Assembly (NCBI GenBank): GCA_043228905.1
Contig: JBHGNT010000009.1
Location: forward strand, 7,812,001 to 7,876,000
From: Azolla caroliniana
Lineage: Eukaryota > Plantae > Polypodiophyta
DNA: 64,000 nt
Direction: 5' to 3'
Shown here: one piece after another, positions 57,851-64,000 of the stretch
Position numbering within the stretch: the stretch's first letter is position 1
How the letters are laid out: the number at the start of each line of letters is the position of its first letter
The notes under the pieces: generated by a model
The model's input: the letters and a program-made list of their open reading frames with translations, nothing else
The model's database searches: none
Told to the model about the DNA's origin: nothing
Made by a program: the position numbers and the translations under genes

Positions 57851-60800
57851 CTAACAATATACAACACCACATCACTATAACGTGATTGCCCTAAGTCATA
57901 TTTATACTTATATGACTTTAGGGCTATTTACAAATATAGCCTCGATGGGCTCACCATAAAACATATTTACACATGTCCTTGGATCTAATTTACACCGGAT
58001 CCATCCGGATTCACTCGATCCGGTTTCCGGGTCTCATCCGGAGCCCTTCTGGATCCGGTTCCTTCATCTGGCTCGTCCGATCCGACTCCTCCGATTCTCA
58101 TCCGGATCCCATCCGGAGGGACCGAATTCCTAACAAACTCCCCCTTCACTTTGGCATGGGATTTCTTGTTAATCCGATCCGTTTCCAATACGTGTCCAGT
58201 TTGTCAGCTGACAACACCTTGGTCAGCATATCTGATCCGTTCTCCTTCGTGTGGATCTTCGTTAGCATGAAGCCTTGATCTTCTACCTTCTCCCGGATCT
58301 GGTGATACCCCCGATGGATGTGCTTCATCCAGGAATGGTAGGCCGTATTCTTCGCAAGGTGGATGGCCCTTTGAGTGTCGGAGTAGAGTCAGAATTCCTC
58401 CTACTGGATCCCTCGCTCTCCGATAAAGTCCTTCATCCAAATTATCTCCTTGTCGGCTTCCATAGCTGCCATGTACTCCGTTTCCGTTGTCGACAGTGCA
58501 ACAGACTTCTGCAACTTCGACTGCCATGATACGGCTCCCCCTGCATACGTCATGACATATCCAGATGTAGACCGGCTGGTATCCGCATTAGGCGACATAT
58601 CCGAATCTGTGAATCCGTCAAGTTGGGGTTTACCGGAGCCAAACCGAAGGCACATACTCGAGGTGCCTTTCAGATACTAGAGTATCCACTTGACCGCATT
58701 TCTTCCTAGATTGCTCATGAACCGGCTGACTACACCAACAACATATGCAATATCCGGCCGAGTGCACACCATTGCGTACATTAAGCTTCCGACGGCAGAG
58801 GCATATGGTATCTTTGTCATATCCGACTTCTCTACCTTTGTCTTCGGGCTCTAATTTCCAGACAACTTGCAATTTTCCAGAAGTGTCAATCTGACCGGTT
58901 TCGCCTCCGACATGTTGAACCTTTGAAGCACCTTGCTCATGTACTTCTCCTGTGACAACCACAACAGCTTCTTTGACCGGTCCCAAATTATGTGCATTCC
59001 TAATATCTGTCTTGCCAAACCCAAATCTTTCATTGAGAAAGTCTAGTTCAGGGCCTTCTTCAGCATCTATATCTTGACTTCATCTCGTCCGACGATCAAC
59101 ATGTTGTCCACGTACAGGAGCAATATCAAGAAATCTCCTCCATCAAATTTCTTCACAAACATACAGTGATCGGCTTACGTCTTTTGGTACCCTTGATCCA
59201 TCACGAAGGAGTCGAACTTCTAGTACCATTGCCGGGGGGCTTGCCTCAATCCCTATAAGCTCTTCTGTAGCCGGCATACCAGGTGCTCCTTCCCTTTCCT
59301 CTCAAATCCTTCCAATTGATGCATGTAGATCTCTTCTTCGAGGTCGCCATGTAGGAATGCCATCTTGACATCCAGTTGCTCTACCTTGAGGTCCATGCTT
59401 GCCACTATGCTCAATACTGTCCGGATGGATGTCATCTTTACTACAGGGGCAAAGATCTCATCGATCTGGGCCTTGTACCTCGGTGGATTTTTGGCGTCTC
59501 TAGGTTTTAGATTGTACACCCACTTATTCTGGAATGCTCTCTTTCCTTTCGTTAGCTTCGACAATTCATATGTGTGGTTCTCATGTGGGGAATCCATCTC
59601 GTCCTACATGGCACTTAACCACTTGCGGTTGTGGGTGTCTTTATTAGCTTCTTCGAAGCTTTCCAGCTCCCCCTCATTAGTCCGCAATACGTGCTCTGCA
59701 TCCAGAAATCTCCGGGGGGCTCTTCTCTCCCTGAGAGGGTATCTCCGCCTTTGGTCTTCAACTATCGGTTCCTTCGTTTGTTCCTCATCCTCATCTGATT
59801 CGAGATCTTGTATGGTTTTGGCGTCTTCTTCTTCTTTCTTCAGTCGGTTCGGTTTCTTGTCCGAATCTGGTCGGTTCGTCGAGTGTCATCCAGTTCCCGG
59901 CTAACATCTTGTTTTCAACTGGGTAAGTCCTTGTGTCCTCAAGCCAATTTTCATTGGATGATCTGGAGTTCATCGCCTTCTTCTCTGACTCCCAGTCGAC
60001 AATGGTTTTGGCTTCCATGAAGACTATGTCTCAATTCCGGAACACCTTCTTGTCAACCGGATCCCACACCCGGTAACCAAACTCATCATCGCAATATCAG
60101 AGGAATATGCATGGCCTGAACTTCGGATCCAGCTTTGCTCTCTTGTCCTTTGCAACATGCAGATATGCGAGACACCCGAACACCTGCAGATGCCTGTAAG
60201 ACACATCTTTACCCGTCCATACTCTCTGTGCTGTGTCTCCGTCTAAAGGTGCTGAGGGTGATCTGTTTATCACATACGTCGTCGTGATCAGCGCCTCAGC
60301 CCAAAATATCTTGGGTAGCTTTGCATATGCCAGCATGCTCCAGACTCTCTCCATCACGATCTGGTTCATCCATTCGGCCATCCCGTTTAGTTCCAGCGTC
60401 TTCGGCACGGTGAATTCGAGCTGGATTCCCTTCAATCGACAGTACTCCTCAAATTGCCCCTGGTATTCTCCTCCATTATCTGCTTGAACTGCCTTTAGCT
60501 TCCGGTCGGTTTCTCTTTCCATTCTCGCATGGAGTTCCTTGAAGACAAACAACCCCTGATCCTTCATCTTCAATGGTGAGACCCACAGCTTCTGGCTATG
60601 GTCGTCTATGAACGTCACAAAGTACTGCGATCCGGCATGTGACTTCATGTCGACTTGACACACATTGGTATGCACTAGCTCTAGTGGTGCATTCCGTCTC
60701 ATCGGTGGTCTTGACCGAAAGGAGATTCGGTTTTGCTTGCCGGACAAGCAATCGGTGCACTTATCAAGATGCACGTCCCTCACTAGAATGAGATTGTCTT

Positions 60801-63197
60801 CGGCAAGTCTCTTCATCCCCTTCTGAATCATATGACACAGTCTCCTGTGCCACAACTCACCGGCAATGTCGGATGCTACATTCACTTCTTCCCGGCATAT
60901 CCAGGCATGCATCAGATATAGCGTGTTGATCTTTCGGGCTCGAGCCACACTCAAGCTTCCCTTGCTGAACTTCATGACTCCGTTCCGGATGCTACCCGTG
61001 TAGCCTTCATCATCTAGCCGACCGGCTAATATCAGGTTCAATCGAACCTCTGGAACGTGTTGGACATCCTTCAACAACAACTTGCATCCGATTGATGTCG
61101 TCAATGACACATCTCCTATGCCGATGATTCGACATGTCCCTCTATTCCCCATCTGGACACAATCGAGATCTCCGGTTGTGTAGGATGAGAAGCATCTTCA
61201 GTCCGGTGTTAGGTGGAACGATGCTCCAGAATTGACAACCCATGTTGTCTCATCGCTGACAAGGTTTAACTCATTCTCCTCGGTGATGAGCAACCGTTCT
61301 TCTTCACTTGTCGTAATTGCTAACGTTCTCTTCCAATCCGAACCCTTCTTCGAATCGGCATTGTCGGTTCCTTTCTCTTTCCGGAAATGCCGACAGTTCT
61401 TTTGGAAGTGCCCTAGCTTCCCACAGTAGAAGCAAGTAGGCCTCCCCCTTGACTTCGACCTTGTCCCTGATTTGTCCCGGTTTTGGGGACTCCGATACCG
61501 GCCTCTTCCTCGGTAATGGTCATCTTTTGTGACCAAGGCCTTCGGATCGGTTTTGGACTCCCGGTCCTTCCGGCGAGCTTCTTCATCTAGCAAGCTTGAT
61601 TTTACCCTTGCTAGGGACAATGGCTTTCCTTCTTACCCGACGTTGCCCAAAGTGACAACTAGCGTCTCCCAACTATCCGGGAGGGAGCCGAGCAGGAGCA
61701 ATGCAAGTACCTCGTCCGCTAGAGGTACTTCGAGCGAAGTTGTTTGGTTTATCAGCCCCTGAAATGCATTCATGTGCTCCGCCATGTTGGATCTATCTTG
61801 GTACCGGACTCTAACTAACTTCCGGAATACCGAAAACCGATTTACGGCGTTTTTACTCTCCAACATGGTGCCTATTTTATCCGAGAGCACATGAGCCTTA
61901 CTTTCTTCATTGAAGTTGTTGTACAGGCTCATGTCGATGAAGCACTGGATGTACGTCGTTGTCTTCATGCGCATCACCTCCCATGTCATGGCATCGATCT
62001 TGTCCAATTTCTTGTCCCCGAACTGTACCGGCAACCAAAGATCTTTGTCCACGAGCATGTCCCTCATCTTCGGCTTCCACACTAGGTAGTTGGAGACGGT
62101 GAGCTTGAACATGCCGCCGAATGATTTTCTTCCATTTCCTATGTTCGCTCTGATACCAGATTGTGCGGAAATAACGGTCGGCCACAACCGAGTCTTCAAC
62201 AAGGAATAGAAGAGAACAAAGTAAAATAGAGATGATACAGGATGTTAATGTGGAAAACCCTAAATGAGAAAAACCACGAGAGCCCACAGATTCCAACTAT
62301 CACTATGAGGGCAGGTATACAATGTGAGACTCAGAGGCAACGACCTCCAACCTATGTCTTCGCCAAACTTGCGGTTACAACATAAAACTAGTTCTGTATC
62401 TCTCTCTCTCTCTGTCTCTCTATCTCTAACAATATAGAACAACACCACATTCCTATAAAGTGATTGCCCTAAGTTATATTTATACTTATATGACTTTAGG
62501 GTTATTTACAAATATAGCCTCGATGGGCTCACCATGAAACATATTTACACATATGTCCTTGGATCTAGTTTACACCGGATCCATCCGGATTCACTCGATC
62601 CGGTTTCCGGGTCTCATCTAGAACCCTTCCGGATCCGGTTCCTTCATCCGGCTTTTCTGATCCGACTCCTCAGGTTCTCATACGGATCCCATCCGGAGGG
62701 ATCGAATTCCTAACAGATTCTAGCTCATCCACATTAGGGTATGTGATGACCTATGTAGGGGGAGTTGTGTCATGGCAATCATGATTGCAAAAGGATGTGG
62801 CTTTGTCGACTATAGAGGTTGAGTACATGGCTGCAGTGGAGGCCAAGAAAGTTTTGATTTGGATGAGGGATTTTCTAAGTGAACTAGGAATGAAGCAAGA
62901 AAAATTCCTACTTCATTGCGATAAACAGAGTGCCATCTACTTGGCCAAGAATGTTGCCTATCACTCTTGTACAAAGCACATTCAGAGAAGGTATCACTAG
63001 TTACGAGAGAGTGGATGAAAATAACTTCGTTTTAACGAAGATCCATACCGATGAAAATGGACCCGACATGCTTACTAAAATTTTATCTACGGAAAATGGT
63101 CTGGTTGACATCCCCCATATAGGAGTGAAGGGGGAGTTTGTTATGAAAGCATGTCCCTCTTGATGGGGGTACATACATATATACATACATACATACA

Positions 63198-63525
63198 ACG
63201 CCTACATGGAATATCACTATGCATTTATGATGAAGGTGGCGATAGTTTGGGAGCCGGAAAACTTTTCTGAAGCTACTAAGGACCTGCAATGGGTCGAAGT
63301 GATGAATGAGGTGATGCAAGCACTCTCTAGGAACGAGACATTGGATCTCGTCCCCTCTTCATCCCACCAAAAGAAAATCGGATGTCGGTGGATATTCAAG
63401 GTGAAGCACAATGCCAACAACACCATCAATCAATATAAGGCCCGACTTCTAGCAAAAGGGTATGCACAGACATACGGGGTCGATTATGAAGAGACCTTTG
63501 CACCAGTGCCAAAGATGAATATCGC
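63198..63525 (+). pseudogene. Copia RT N-terminal fragment
   Basis: EPENFSEA..IGCRWIFKVK..YKARLLAKGYAQTYGVDYEETFAPV. Confidence 0.85.
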
Positions 63526-63529
63526 GCGG

Positions 63530-64000
63530 TGTTTGCATCCTCTATGTAAAGAATCAATGGTGATTCTTGTGTAGCGGAAGAGATGTGTGTTATGTGTATG
63601 TGTGAGACGAAAGAGGAGAGGAGAGAAACACAAGATGGATAAGAGACAAAATGAAGTACTCAAGAAGAAGGAGATGTATATTAACAAGGAGAATATGATA
63701 AATGAAAATGTAGCATTACAAGGAGTCACAACCGACTTCGTATGAAGTGTGAGGAGGGTGCTTTATATATAGTCACCCTCTCTCTTCATTAACTAACTAC
63801 AACTGTCACTCTCTCTCTTGGGGAATGTGAAGACTCATAGTCATGGGGAATATGTAACTCATTAGTTATGTGTCATAGAATATGATTCTATGACACATAG
63901 TTAATGTGTAGAGAGTAGTGGTGTGACTCTTGACCTTTGAGTAATTATGGATTCTCAAAAGGTGTGTTCACACGTTGCACTATGTTGAGCTTGATTCTCA
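63530..64000 (-). repeat. Probable LTR running to the window edge
   Basis: Minus-strand TATA (CTATATATAAAG, ~63765) and terminal TGTTGAGCTTG like the end of 6570-6960. Confidence 0.45.

Larger units (their letters stand above)
52260..62715 (-). mobile_element. Full-length degenerate Copia nested in the RNase H of the host Copia
   Basis: 5' LTR 62162-62715. 3' LTR 52260-52427 + ~57769-58135, split by the LINE. TSD GATTT/GATTC, PBS 62147-62158 (tRNA-iMet type), PPT ~58138-58147, gag/PR/INT/RT/RH fragments. Confidence 0.93.
47925..63197 (+). mobile_element. Degenerate Copia host element (interrupted by 52260-62715; 3' LTR truncated)
   Basis: 5' LTR 47925-48743, PBS TGGTATCAGAGC at 48747-48758, gag, PR (WVVDSGASFH), INT, RT, RH split at 52259/62716, PPT 63127-63136, 3' LTR start at 63139. 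Confidence 0.92.

Noticed and set aside
57990-58130. CRISPR-like or satellite array
   Set aside because: Irregular 6-bp motifs inside Copia LTRs, with no constant repeat-spacer period and no cas genes.

Overview
This is a gene-free, transposon-saturated window. The element mix (Tcn1-like chromoviruses, Phygy/Athila-like non-chromovirus Gypsy, Copia, an RTEX-like LINE and a Sola1/DUF7869-like transposase) and pervasive CG/CHG C->T decay (CGA->TGA, CAG->TAG stops) suggest a non-seed land plant such as a bryophyte (inference). I found no host gene, rRNA, true tRNA or CRISPR. Several nests are resolved by TSDs: Copia > Copia 14792-26702 > (solo LTR 15518-16160, chromovirus 19206-24715, solo LTR 24776-25432), and Copia 47925-63197 > Copia 52260-62715 > LINE 52428-57768. 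The standout is a young Gypsy element (36448-45784, minus, 456-bp LTRs, TSD AATGG) with an intact 875-aa extra ORF and no polypurine tract. In place of the PPT is a 44-nt tRNA-3'-half-like structure ending GCGTGCCA-NN-LTR, complementary to the element's own PBS. A divergent, decayed relative (11803-13973) has the same 44-nt element with three compensatory base-pair changes and the same C-terminal motif in its extra ORF. This points to a lineage that may use a self-encoded tRNA mimic, or a second tRNA, for priming. Also notable: antisense tRNA-like A/B boxes in the U3 of two unrelated LTR families, a self-priming chromovirus PBS, and a LINE with in-frame ORF1/ORF2 and a 5' template jump. All coordinates and alignments were read by eye.
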